64,000 nucleotides of DNA from contig AP026128.1 in assembly GCA_030295235.1 (NCBI GenBank), positions 1,240,001-1,304,000 on the forward strand, given 5' to 3'. The notes beneath the pieces are model-generated. The model was not told the origin of the DNA and did no database searches. It was given only the letters and a program-made list of their open reading frames with translations. The position numbers were made by a program, and so were the translations under genes. Position 1 is the first letter of the stretch. Each line of letters starts with the position of its first letter. The DNA is from Fistulifera solaris (lineage: Eukaryota). This document shows, piece after piece, positions 1 to 12,583 of this stretch.

Positions 1-3000
1 CACCGACATATCAAAGTAAATACGAACACGCGGACTGGAATGACTGGGTTCAATCTACCAGTAGTCGACGAAACAATGCCTTGTCGGATACTTTTCAGAG
101 GAAAGCATCTTATCAAGTCAAGACGACGTTAGTGATTGAAACAAATACAGAAACACTGAGGATACCAATCAGCGGGACAAGCGTTATACAAAATAAATAT
201 GGCATACCGAGCATGATTATGCTTGGCAGTAGAGACAAAGAGGAGCCACCGCAGCAGGAGCAACTATTCAATCATTCTGAAGATGCCTTTGTCGTGAGTC
301 GAATTCATCCTCAGCGAGGGGGGGATGAGCTACACTGAGCAGGACACTTTTACGAAGAGGTCAGATTGCTTTGATGTTTATATTAGACATCCATACCATT
401 CGAGAAGATGGAGTGATCGCTGGTACAGCGAAGAGCCAGATATCGATCCTCCTGTGGACAGTCTAGAGGTGAAGGAAGTTTCGGTAACTAGGCCCGATCT
501 AGTGGGTCTGAGATGGAATCGCGAGAAAGGCGTTTCAGCCGACAAAAGAGCGGTGTTACGCAAAAGTATAAGTCGATGGAGTGACGGTGGACCTTTGACT
601 GTTCCTCCCAATAACATGCCTCATTATTTTGTTTCGGTGTGTGCGCTGACTGCTGACGGCTTTAGCAGTGATAAATCGGCAACTTTTGAATCCGGTGACG
701 AATTAATCGATTCTTTTCAAATCAGCCTGGGAGTATGGGTTTTTTGCAAATAAGGACGTCGCACGATAATTTACTAGTCTCTTTGGAGAAAGAGCGGATA
801 GTGACAAGTGAGGATGCTTCAATTCAAGAAATTAAGGAAGTCGATGATCATTATCAACCAAGGAGCGGGCAAGAAATCGAATCAAGTCTTTCGAAGGCGA
901 CCGCGGCTAGTCCGATTTTATTGCGTTCACTGCCTGAAAGTCTGCAGCACGTATTTGTCTTGGCACATGATGGACATGTCGGCGCAGCTAATGAGACGTT
1001 TACAATTGGTTTAAAGAATGAAAATCATGACGGCATCAGAATTCTTCGTGCATCTATAGTCACGACGTCCCGCTATGATGGTATAACAATTCGCTTGAAG
1101 GAGTTCAACTCCACCTTGTCTGAAATAATGTCAGGGCAGACTTTCGTTTCTGACGCACTATCATTTGAGTACTCAGTGGACTGGGATATCTTGCTTCGAA
1201 ATTCACCTTTGGCTGATTTTGCTATCGAAGGGTCTATTATTATCCGAGCTGCTGCTATGGAACGATCAAAGCAGGGAATGCAATACAATGCAGACACCTT
1301 TCGCAACTCTATCCTTCTTGAGATACCATGGTGCATTCGTGTCGTAACTGGGAACGTCATCCTTGCAACTGAGAAGAAATCCGCTGGCTTTTTTGAAGTT
1401 GGGGCGTCCAATAAGTAATCGATTCAGTACTGTAAAGGGGTCTTCTTTCCTTTTGATCTTCGGTCGGTTGCTGCATTGAATCAGGCAACTCTCATCGTGG
1501 AAAACTTGGTCGTGTTATCTGACATGGGAAATTTGGTTCGGTTGAACGATGTTCGTATCATGGATCAATTGGAAAATCCACAACAGGGTAGGCCTGATAC
1601 CGTATCGCACTGCTCCCGGCTAGAGGCCAAAATAGCCAACGAAGTATCTTTTAGGGAGGACGGACGACTAGGACAAATCGCTTTAACGTATCGCCTTCTT
1701 AGCGAAGAAAACTGGCAAAGTTCGGATCAGGGGCTTGGAGATTTGCCGACATGGTGTTATCTCAGCTTTACGACTGTGCCTAGCACAGGCCAACATATAA
1801 CACCGATTGTCGTATACCGTGGTTCCATTGACGTCTCTGGAAATCCTTCATTCACGACCGCAACGCATGAAATGAAATCGAACGTAGAACTTCAAGATCA
1901 ACACTGGAATCATGCAGTTGGAATAGAAAGTATTATCGACTTGTTGAATACTGCTCAAGTTGGATCGGCTTTTTCGGCGCTAATCAACGGTTCAAGAAGT
2001 ATAAGGGACGCTCCGAAATGGGAGAAGAATGATTTGAAGCGATATTTCTACAATCTTAATGGAAATATCGGCAGGCGGCCCTATTCCAGACTCGTACCAG
2101 TTTTGTTAAACGTAGGGGCAATTCTGCAGAGTGATGTTGAATCTGTGCCGCTGTACTTGACAAATCACAATCCAATTCCAGTCTCTGTATCCATTGATGT
2201 GAGTGAAGTTGAGGGGTTGGCCGTCGTGTTAGGGCAAGACCAGTCGACTGGAAGTGGTGATGGCAATCATCCCCTAGACTATTTGCTAAACAAATTTTTG
2301 AAAACAGAAACCAGTATCGACGAAAAGAAGATTTTGGATGGGACATACGCTGGGCATCCTATAGACGGATTGCGCCAATTTCTGCTCAGGGATGTCGCAG
2401 TCAACAAATACTTTGGTGGATTCTCATTTCGAGATGCAGCTTCGTTGAGTAAATACGCTGTTTCACGATCGTCTTTCCTAAGCGGCCTTTTCCAAGATAG
2501 TGCCTACGAAACATTTCATCGCAAAGGAGCGGATGCCTATCGCGAAGGAGGAGGTTGTGGAACCCGCGACTTCCCTGAGACGTATGGTCCGTTTTCTCGC
2601 AGCGTAAACGGAGGTGATGTTGTGCTTGGTCCGATCGTTTTATCAGAAGATGGTAAAAAGGTACGGAGAACGAAAGTTTGTCGCGGAGCCGATGAAAGAA
2701 GTGTCAGGATCCCCCCTGGTGGATATGTGAGATTTGATGTCTTCGTCCGATCCCCTCCCGCTGAAGTGCTCGAACAAGACATAACTAGTTTCTTATCCAC
2801 TGGTTTGCTGCTTTCGACCGATCATGGGCAAGTCATACCAATACTGGCAAATTTTGAAGCGTTGCAGGGCAAGTTAGACGTCTCGCATATTCCCTCGCCA
2901 ATCATAAGTTCTGAATCTCGCGATGGAATTATTCAAGTCCCAATTGGATTATTTAGTAAGCCATCATCGGAAACCAGAGAATCAAAGCCAATTTATATTC

Positions 3001-6000
3001 CACCAACTGTCAAAGACGATGGGCTGTCTGTGGCTCATGTTGCTGTATTATCCAGGAATGTCAGCGATGTTAACAGCGTTTCGCTTTTTATGCGATCGTC
3101 TTTCTCTCAGGATATCAAGGTACGACGCATTGCAAGCTGCAATCCTTGGTTTAGAGTTGAGCTGTCAGACACCACGGGTGACATTCTTCCGGCTTTTGAT
3201 CCGTTCTTGGGTGTAAATATTGGAGCAGTTAGCAGTTATGCAATGTGCAACGGTGAAGCAGCATTTCCATCGTTCTTCCGTTGTGTGACGAGTTGGCTAC
3301 TTCAAAGGGCTGAGTTGCAACCGAGAGGCTGTGGCCCGCTTCCGCTTAGTGATGGTCCTCGTAACTTCAAACCCGACGTTCCCGCCGGCATTGCTTTGGA
3401 TAAGGTAGTTCAAGTTTTAGATAAAGCAATTTTAGCGTTCGAGCAGACAGACACAGATACAACAAGCGATCACAACAGTGTCGAAACGGATGGCTTTGAT
3501 TATCCACGCTACCCCTTCAAGAATCGATCCGGTAATGGAATCGTGTCGCCCAGTATATTACGCGCGGCAGCTCAAACGTCGGAAGCCTGGAAAACGATTT
3601 CCGATTTGGGATTGGATGTCATTGCCACGAGTCTTCGAGCAATAATTGAATATAATGGGACATCAGGTGTTTCAGCTTCCAATGCTAGTTTTAAAGTGCA
3701 AGAGGAGAACCCGGTCTTTGGGGTGGTAATTCGAAATGTGACAGTTCTATCAACGCTGGAAGTACCACGACTCGTCGATTTTTCTTCGACACGCAACAGA
3801 TTTCCGTATTTCGCGCGTGGTGACAATTACCTTCCTTCTACTCTGAATTTCCCAGCAACATTAGTAGGCTCAGTGGCAGCAATACACATCCCTCTTCACA
3901 ATCCAACGGCAGTCCCAGTCCGTGTTAGGCTGACTGTTCCTCCATTCGCCAGAGGTTCTACTTCGAAATATCGGGAAGGACCTTTCGCGGATGCTGCCGT
4001 GAAGAAGTTTATCGGTCATTGGCGACCGCCTTACATTCAAAGTAGCTCACCATATAAAATGAGCACAAGAGACGAAGGAAACCGATTTTGGTGGGGACCA
4101 GATACAGCTTACTTTCAAGCTGATTCGAATGGAGATATAACAAGATCACACCAAAATGTCACAATCAAAGCCGGATCGGGAGCCAAATTCACTCTTATTG
4201 ATCCATCAGTCATGTTCAATATTGCCTTTTTAGCGGGCTGCGGAAGGCGGTGCGGGATTCTTGAAGATGGCAGTACACAAAAACGAACTCCTTTTGTTCA
4301 TGGATTAGTTGGTTTGATACCGATGAGCCCGATCGGTGCTTCCGCTGCCGCCGATCATTTTTTGCTTGGTCGAGGGCCGACGCTGTCAAAGGAAAATAAG
4401 AATAGGTTGGGTGACGGATTTGAATCCGGGGGTTCGATGATGCTCAATGGGGAGGGCCCTCTGCATTCGCTATTGCCAAGGAAGGGCTCAATGAAATCAT
4501 AATACCACCGTTTGGAAAAGCGGAGCTGGGTCCGATATTCTTCCGCCCCCCTGGGCGTTCTACCAGGCTTGGTTGTGCTGCCTATTCGGGACGGTCGCCT
4601 CGTGACCACTGTGAACAAGCAACCTTTGAATCATTGGTGTTCCTCGAGAACTCGCTCTCTGGAATAGAAAGAATTGTACTAACCGGGAAATCAATGTGGA
4701 CCAAATTAGAGTTCGTGGACCCTGATCCGATGCCCGACGAAGATGACTCCGGCGATATTATTTTTCGACACGGCAAACCGAGTTTGATGTTCCCCGGAAC
4801 AGCATTAATCACTGAAGGCTACCCGCGTCCCGTTGTGAAGCAGCTTTTTCTTCATAACTTTGGCGACTCAACAGTCAAATTGACTAAGATGTCAATTATT
4901 CACGAGGAATTATTTTCGTCAAACTCTTACTTGTGCAGCGCCGGAGGTTTCGACTTGCTTACTACGTTTCGGAGGGACGCTCCTTATGCGGTACTTTTGC
5001 CTGGTGGCAATTTTTCTTTGTCCATTCAGCACCGACCGGCATGCAACAAACGAACGGATTTTGTGACACTTTCGATTGAGTACTCCCATATAGAGACTGA
5101 AAGCAACAACGCTGTGTACACATCTTCAAAGCTCCCATTTCAGAGATATAGTGTGAACCTTACAATTGGTTATGATATGTTAGACTGGGAGTTTCGATCA
5201 TGCAAGCCTCTCAGGACGATTTGGTCTTCCGAGAGCTCATGTCCGGGCAGTATTGACTCAGCTGCCTCAACAAACTACGTTGCGGACGAAAATCGTGTTG
5301 TTCTATCGACACTATGTTTCGTGTTACTGAAGTTGTTTGTTGTAACTATTGTGATTAAGCAAATGTTTGGGCGTTCCGTGGCTCGACGTACACAGTCTAT
5401 CACGTTTCATCAGTTTTTGCAACGCGGCCAAAAGGGGGAATCGATGCTGAACCTCGCGTTGGGCCATGAGATGGGCAAAGACTGGTTTGCCGCTTTCCGA
5501 TGCTTGGCGCGAGTTGAGCCGTCCTCGCTGGATCTGCAAACGCTTGGACGAGAGCAAACGCGGCAAATTATCCTGCATCGATATCGTATGATGAAAATTC
5601 AACCACCGCAGTTTTTCACAGGAGCTGGGATCTTCAGTAGAGAGATGCATGGTACTAACAAGCAACCGGGATCGATGCGGACTCTTAGTGATGGTTTGTT
5701 TGGGAACTTTGTACCCTCGAAAACTCGAAATTACGCGCGCTTTCCGTGTCAACTTGGATGGCGAACGGCTACAGCGAGAGGTATTATCCAAAGCACCACG
5801 TTGAATTCTACGCTGCATGCGCTAGAAACAATTAGTCTCTACGAGCGTCGAATCGCTCAGCAAGCATCTACTGATGACAGTCAGGGTGATCAGTCCTTTG
5901 ATGCAAACGAAAGCAGCGACATCAGTATTACGTTAAGTAATGGTGCTGAAACGATGGAATCGTCGCCGAAATCCGAAGTTTCTTTAGACCACGAAGATAA

Positions 6001-7168
6001 CGCAGGAATAGTTCCGTCCTCTGCAGAGATAAAAGCTCTTTCAACAAGCGTCGCTTTGGTAGATAAGAAGGTTTTTGAAGATGAGCACGAGGCAACGGCG
6101 CAGTTTGAGAAACTCACTCCGGTGAAATCAGATCTAATCTCCGTAAAGCCACCCGACCAGCAAAATAAAGTTCCAAACACAGCACAGAAGAAAAATGAAA
6201 GGGCATCTAAGGTGTTCGCAGAAAAGAATGCTGTCCAGCTATCGAAAAGACCGACGGCTAAAGATTCACGAGAAACGACGGAAGATGTCAAATCGATCAA
6301 TGTAAAAGATTCGAACCATGGCAAAATTTCAAAACATCAAAGATCTAGCGAGAATCGCAAAAAAAGAGCCACACAAAACGACACGTCAAAACCAGGTTTG
6401 GGAAGCTCAACTAACAAGGGCATAACTTCGGAGACGAAAAAAACTCAAACTGGCGATAAGGGTCAGACCCAAACAAATCCGTGGAAATTATCGACGTCAA
6501 TTGAGGGCGGAGCACGCGACAAAGACACTACCCAAAATATTCGACCTCCACCAGGATTGGCACCTCCACCAGGTTTCAGCGGTCATACTTCGTCAGAAAC
6601 TGCTGTCGTTACAAACCCGGACTCCCACTATCACCAGCTCTTGAGGGATGCAGCTGCAGCGAGTTCGGCTTCCAATCAGCATTTCAATCATACCGAATTG
6701 CCGAGTCCTACTGTATTCACGGCTGAACATCCGCCGCTTCCAAATTCACCGTCCGATCGAAATGACGATCATTTTCTCACCCAAGCTTACGCTCATCGTG
6801 CGACGGAAAGTTTTCATATTCCAGAGAGCACGGAATTTGATGTCATGGCGTTTTTGGACGACATTTTGAATGAAGGTAGTAAGGCGAATAGTGGCGCTGC
6901 GGATATAAGGGAAAGTGGACCAGAAGGGATCCTTCGCGAGGATGAGCCCGCATTCTCACCAAACCCTTGGGCGACATCTGATATTTATCAATCTCGCGCT
7001 GCTGCGTATGGAATTCTAATTGAAGATGAAAGCACGCGTGGAACAGAATCGAGTGATCTCCCTTTGCTCACACCCGAAGCTATTCTGTCTTCTGCCGTTA
7101 GCAACGACGACGATGAAAGCGTATCTAACGCAGCTGCTTTTTTCTCAGACTTTGGAGAACAGGGATAA
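1..7168 (+). CDS. Very large TMEM131-like membrane protein; 5' end probably outside the window; split into several ORFs by indels
   Basis: Consecutive + strand ORFs 81-338, 325-753, 735-1418, 1476-4502 and 4634-7168, with several junctions at homopolymer runs. TMEM131-type motifs LHNPTAVPVRVRL, IIPPFGKAELGPIFFRPP (shifted frame near 4500) and VFLENSLSGIERIVL. A hydrophobic segment (VVLSTLCFVLLKLFVVTIVI) is followed by a long low-complexity tail. Confidence 0.6.
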
Positions 7169-7459
7169 TGAGCAAGGTTACTTTCTACGAAATCTGCGTT
7201 AATCCTAAATCATCCTCATGCTAGTAACAACGAATACTCTAGAGGGAACGCTTGGAGTTTCTTGTTTCGTAGAATGTGCGAAAACTCATTGCAGCCGATA
7301 CGATCGCTGATAAAGCACAAAATATAAAATCTGTTTATTTCAGATGTAATTATAACTTTTTTAAAAAATATGACTTATTGGAGAAAACTTGATAGGCGGC
7401 TCCAGGAAAACCAGGCGAAAGAGTGTCCAAACCCACAGCAAAACTGAAAATTATTATAA

Positions 7460-7923
7460 TCACGCACTCGAATGTGCTTGCAAGTTTTTGCCAAGAACAA
7501 GTGCTTCTACAAAGGCGGTTTCGATGACTTTATCGGATGTCGTCTCGTCCACTTTTCCGGCTGCCTCAAAGATCTCATCGAGTTCGACGGTGCTCAAAGA
7601 ATCCGTCGCCCCAATGTTGGCGAGCAGTCGGGACAAGGCAGCCCGACTAATTCTGCCATTGTGTTTGACATCAGCGGCGCGGATCATTTCTTTGAAAAAA
7701 CGAGACGGCAGGCACTGACCGTAGCTGATGATGATAAGTGAGACTCCGATAACGACCGACATTCGTAGAATATCACTTATCGTTCAACTCACTTTTTCTC
7801 GCGGTATTGCGTCAAGACAAGTCGGAGTTTGTCGACGGAAGGCGCTACTTGAAGAGGCTGCACGGCAGTTGAAAACCGAGCTAAAGCATTTGTCACGATA
7901 AGAGAAGAGCGAAAGGCAAACAT
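7460..7923 (-). CDS. Small EF-hand-like protein with probable mitochondrial presequence (2 exons)
   Basis: ATG at 7923 (MFAFRSSLIVTNALARFSTA...). GT-AG intron 7725-7792 joins ...YREKN to YGQCLPSRFFKEMIRAADVKHNGRISRAALSRLL, a degenerate EF-hand pair. Confidence 0.65.
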
Positions 7924-8553
7924 GGTGACCTTTCTTGGAAGCTTTCTAAAGAAAAGACTCGATAGACGTCACAGACTTTCGCTAATTGCAGGAGAAACTC
8001 GATACTCCCAAACGCACTTAATTGAAGTGCGAAAAAACAGGCACGGGGAGATTTTTTTCTGTGAAGAGTGTTATAAACATCCGCAATGATAATCATTGCT
8101 CGTTCGATAGACGATAGATAACGATCAACGTGTTGCGTGTTGATCGCGCTTAGTCATCGTCGCGAGATGACGTCGTGGTCACACAAAAGCGCGAAAGAAA
8201 AAGTATGTAGTTGAGGTGCGTTAACCGTGAACGGATTTCCAGTCGTGCGCAATTAGTTCTTTTTCGTGCGACCATGAAGCAACGTGACGTAACACGTAAA
8301 CACTAAACACGAACGCCATAACTTTCTCAACATATCTTACTCGAGACCAAAAGCAAGATTTGACACTGATTGGAACTCCAAAACGTAGAAAAGACCACAG
8401 ATGCACTGGTGCGAATGTCTACGTACGTTCCACGTAGCTCTCGCAGGAAATGTATCGACAGAGGACAGCCCGGATATTGGGTAATTTCGATCACACCCTT
8501 TTCGGCGCCTTTTCGACACCAATGTCAACAAGACTTTGCCCAACATCGAGGGA

Positions 8554-9070
8554 TGTTTTGCGTCGCTCAGAGATTTTTCGTGCATTCCAGAAATTCTGGA
8601 ATTTTCAACTGTGGTCACAGAAAGGTTGTGTTGACGTTCCAGAAAATCTTGAATCGGTGTTTTGCATCCACCAAGCGTCCTGTATGCCCTGCAAATATTC
8701 CGGTATCTCTGTTTTGCGCTACACATAGATTTTGTGCACGGTCCAGAATTTCTGGACTCGATGTTTTTCGGTCACACAGAAATCCTGTCTATGTTCCAGA
8801 ATTTCTGGAATCGGTATTTTTGGTCCTACAGCAACTCTGTGGGCGTTCCAGAAAAGCTGCATCCGGTGTTCGAAATCACACAAATATTTTCCGAACGTTC
8901 CAGAAATCCTGGAATCGGTGTTTTGCGTCGCTCAGAGATTTTCGTGCATTCCAGAAATTCTGGAATTTTCATCTTCGATCACAGGAAGGTTGTGTTGACG
9001 TTCCAGAAAAACTGGAATCGGTGTTTTGCATCCCGCGAACGTCCTGTGTGCCCTGCAGATATTCTGCTAT
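8554..9070. repeat. Phased 52-bp array with 17-bp palindromic core TTCCAGA-N3-TCTGGAA and divergent ~35-bp linkers
   Basis: Cores start at 8585, 8637, 8689, 8741, 8794, 8846, 8898, 8949, 9001 and 9053. Segment 8554-8700 recurs at 8919-9065, giving a higher-order unit of 7 monomers (~364 bp). Confidence 0.9.
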
Positions 9071-9343
9071 GGTGGTTCCCGGTCAGCCAATCTGATGTCT
9101 CTTTGTGGACAGCCAGCCTGAATCAGTTTCTAGTGGCTTACCAGCATATCGCGAGAGTAAGAACCTACCACGTGGATAGGACTTAAAATCTTATATCAAA
9201 TTTATTTATTTATAAATAGACTAGTGAGGGACGCCATACATGTTTTACCCGCCGGTGAATGATTTCATGTCGCGTGGGTCGCTTGCATGGCAATACCGAG
9301 TTGTTTATTAATGTATTCTACAGATAAAGGATAGATTATCGTC

Positions 9344-10587
9344 TCAGGTTTCTCGATTGAGTTCCGCTACTTCGTGAATCCATGCCGGAGCAACTGTCTT
9401 CTGCACAACATCATCGTTCGCCCACTTTTTGTTACTGTCAAGGGGCTCAAAATCTCTTCCGGCGTACTTGCATGTGGTGGCGCAGTCAGCCATTGCAAGA
9501 TTCCTGGCATATGACCCGCTCCGACGATAGCAACGACTGTCGATTCACGTCTTGTGTATTGTAAAGCTCGAACTGTTTGTACTAGCTTTGCAGCCAACCA
9601 CGCATCTCGTTCTTCAATGATAGTGGTGTAAAGGGTGGGAAAGTGCCGCCTCAACTCAAGAAAGGACTCTGTCAGAACATCCGTTTCATCCAGCAAAACG
9701 CTCCTGAGCCACTCGCGCAGTTCCTTTGGATTTGGTTTCCGAAACGACGACCAAAGCAAGCCCAACATTACTTTGATTTTGCCAAACAAAGACAGGGACT
9801 CCCAAGCACGGACCAGTGTCAGCGAAAGAGGTCGGTCACCCAGAATCAAATGACAGTTGGGCTTCCCCAGCCAGTACTGGTGCGCGCACCGAAACTCTCC
9901 TCCCAGTTCTACACCCAAATCATTGGCATAGTCTTCCTGTACACTCGTCAGTAAAACGGTGCACATGGCCTGCAATCGAGTCGAGTTGTTCGACTGTTGA
10001 TTCATTTTGACCTTTTCCCAAAACGACACATTGATCTCATTTTGCAGCGACTCCGAGCTTCCTTCCAGGAGTGGTACTCGCGCATCGCATAATTCTACCA
10101 TGATACAGTCTGGATTCACCGCATCGAGAAGAATAGCAGTCTCGGCGCTACTATCGTTAGAGACGTGAGCCGTCCCTAGCAAGTAAATGATCGAATTCCC
10201 CAGCCGCAAACGTTGCAAAGTCTTCGGTCCCTTGTCGCAAAGAGGTTTCGGTAAATTCTGTTTCCACGCAGGAATAGAGGACTGCGAGCTTGTTGTTGTG
10301 GTGTTCGTCGAACTATCTTCAATCGACGTCACTCGTTCGACCAATGCTCCGCCACGTGCGACCCGGAAGGCCGATGCGATCGAGCGGCTTCTCGTGCAGA
10401 AAGTTCTATTTGTAGCAGACTCTAGTATTCGAGCATTTTGGGGTTTCCCCCACAAAGCAGGGATGGGAACGTTGACTTTATGCCATCCTTTCGTGAGAGG
10501 ACGGCGGAATACGCCGCTGGTCGAACACACAGACAATAAAAGGAGAAGAATAACTCGTTTCGACTCTCTTCGCTCTGTTCTCAACAT
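9344..10587 (-). CDS. TraB/PrgY (TRABD-like) domain protein with N-terminal signal peptide
   Basis: Motifs IYLLGTAHVS, MVELCDAR, LGDRP, IIEERDAWLAAKL and VVAIVGAGH. Restoring one base in the run at 9426-9430 gives C-terminus KKWANDDAVQKTVAPAWIHEVAELNRET* ending at 9344. Confidence 0.85.
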
Positions 10588-11179
10588 TCTGATTTCAAAG
10601 TATAGGAAAAGGGTATGTATGACGGTACCTGGTAATCAAATGAATTAGTTGTTAGTAAAAATGAAGGAAGCGATGGATGCGATGATCGATGATGGATGAT
10701 GGCATAATAAAAAATCTCTCTGCGGCCTGCCTGCCTGCGACCTGGGTCATCGTCCTTATGTCGTCCGAAATCTAAGATACCTTTGTATTTCTCATCCCAT
10801 ACTAAATGAAGTGGTACCCAATTGGAATAAGCTGGTTTAGTGCAAAGTAGAATCAATCAGTCTACGATCCGTGTAAGGCCTTTTGTTCTTCTGAGATTGA
10901 ACTGTTGTGACAAATGCGAACCCGAAAACACCAGCGGTGAAGAAAATGTCCTCCGATCTATGAGATCCACGCAGAACGCCGACAACGAAAACAAGAAAGA
11001 GACCACTTCTTTGATCTCTTTTGCGCCAAGGAACGTCAAAGATAGACGCAGCAGAGACAATCTGCCTCAGCAGCTGGCTGACAAGCTGTCAAAGGCCCAG
11101 TTCTCCTGCTGTCCTCGCATTCAACATCGTTTAACATCGTATTTGATCTCTATATTCTCAACTGAAAGATAGAATAAGA

Positions 11180-11842
11180 ATGAATTCCGATACAGGAGAA
11201 AGCTCGAATAACTACTATTCCTCCAATCTACCGCTTTCAAACGCAATCGAAGGCAGTAATAATGGGCTTGAACAGCTATCGCAGTTTGTTTCTTTGAATG
11301 GGACGTCCTTTACACAGACTATGATCAATCTAAGTCATCTGCAAAACTTGGCCATGCAACAGCAGCAGCAACAACAACAAGAACAACAGTTACAACAACA
11401 GAACCAAGCGAACTTTCTTCACAACGCTCTTGCGGCATCCCTTGCACAAAACCAGACGTCCACACAGGCTTTTCAATACTTTCAACAATCACAATTGCAG
11501 CAACAACCAGATCATCGTTCCATACGGCAAATTTCAAAAAATGACAAAGCGTTGAGCGATCGATCGAAGTTTGTTGTGTTTGTGAAAGTGTTGCTGCGCT
11601 ATATGGACAAACTCAGCGATGAGAGATTGACGCAGCGGACGAAGCATGCGATAGCGGAATGTACGCGGCTGCATCGTAGCGGCGCACTGGGATTTACGTC
11701 TCTCTCGGATGCGTTGGAAATTCGTTTGCGGTCTCTGATTGGAGACGAGCACTGGAATCGGGCCCAAAATTACTGTACCTATTTGATGGAACGAAAGGAG
11801 CGAGGCAATGGAGAGAAAATGGTTTCCGCTGTTCAAATTTAG
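11180..11842 (+). CDS. Gln-rich hypothetical protein with small helical C-terminal domain, possibly a transcriptional regulator
   Basis: 220-aa ORF with a polyQ tract followed by FVVFVKVLLRYMDK...LEIRLRSLIGDEHWNRA. Confidence 0.65.
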   Translation: MNSDTGESSNNYYSSNLPLSNAIEGSNNGLEQLSQFVSLNGTSFTQTMINLSHLQNLAMQQQQQQQQEQQLQQQNQANFLHNALAASLAQNQTSTQAFQYFQQSQLQQQPDHRSIRQISKNDKALSDRSKFVVFVKVLLRYMDKLSDERLTQRTKHAIAECTRLHRSGALGFTSLSDALEIRLRSLIGDEHWNRAQNYCTYLMERKERGNGEKMVSAVQI

Positions 11843-12583
11843 TTTCGTATAGGTTTCTTTGGCTTTATTTCTACTCATTAAACAGGTGAAAGTTCATAAC
11901 TCCGACTATAGACAAAGCATTTCCTTGTCCGCAGCAAGTTCTAACAATATAAAGAAGCGGCAACTGGACGAGAAGTCGACGTCTCGCTCGAAGCAATGGT
12001 TGTATTGATGTCAAATGTGGCTGACTCCCGGGTGCTTGCGTATTCGGAAAGTGCCACTAATGCGTTGAAGTTACGTAAGCAGAAATTGTTTCATAACTAG
12101 CCCACCACTTGCTGCTTTAATAGTATGATTTGATGTTCGTTCTTCATATCGTTGCTTCCTCCAGAGTTCGTACGGAGTAGATACGTCCGAAAGGATAGAT
12201 GATCTGGGTGACAACGCTTGTCGTGTCCCAAGCATCGGGGAAGTTTATGCATTGCACCTTCGTAATCAGCAACACCGGCGCTTCTCCACCTCGCCAAATC
12301 GTAAAACAAGTTGAATTTGATGTTAAACATGTTGCGGCCGTTGTCCTCAATACCGAAGGATTCATGTTCGAAGCAAAATCAGGCCTCAAGACACCAATCA
12401 TTATATCTAAACTTCACTTTATCTTCAGCATCAGAAGCAAATCGGCAATACGACGTGTGCCGCCTTCAATTTCCGACCCTTATCTTTTCAAGCGTCATAA
12501 AGTCCACATGCAATCAAAACGTTGACGCGCATATTGTTCATACTGCCTGCCGCCCTAATCGATCTGTTGTGGCAATTGTTCTG

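Noticed and set aside
8554..9070. True CRISPR array
   Set aside because: The context is eukaryotic with no cas genes, the cores are only 17 bp and degenerate, and the linkers are mutually related and duplicated as a block.
8337..9186. Overlapping ORFs in several frames (e.g. 8370-9095, 8662-9186)
   Set aside because: They are by-products of the 52-bp repeat: the same peptides recur in different frames because 52 is not a multiple of 3.
11940..12560. Possible gene between the polyQ gene and MATE
   Set aside because: Only short ORFs on both strands, with no recognisable motif or consistent exon model.
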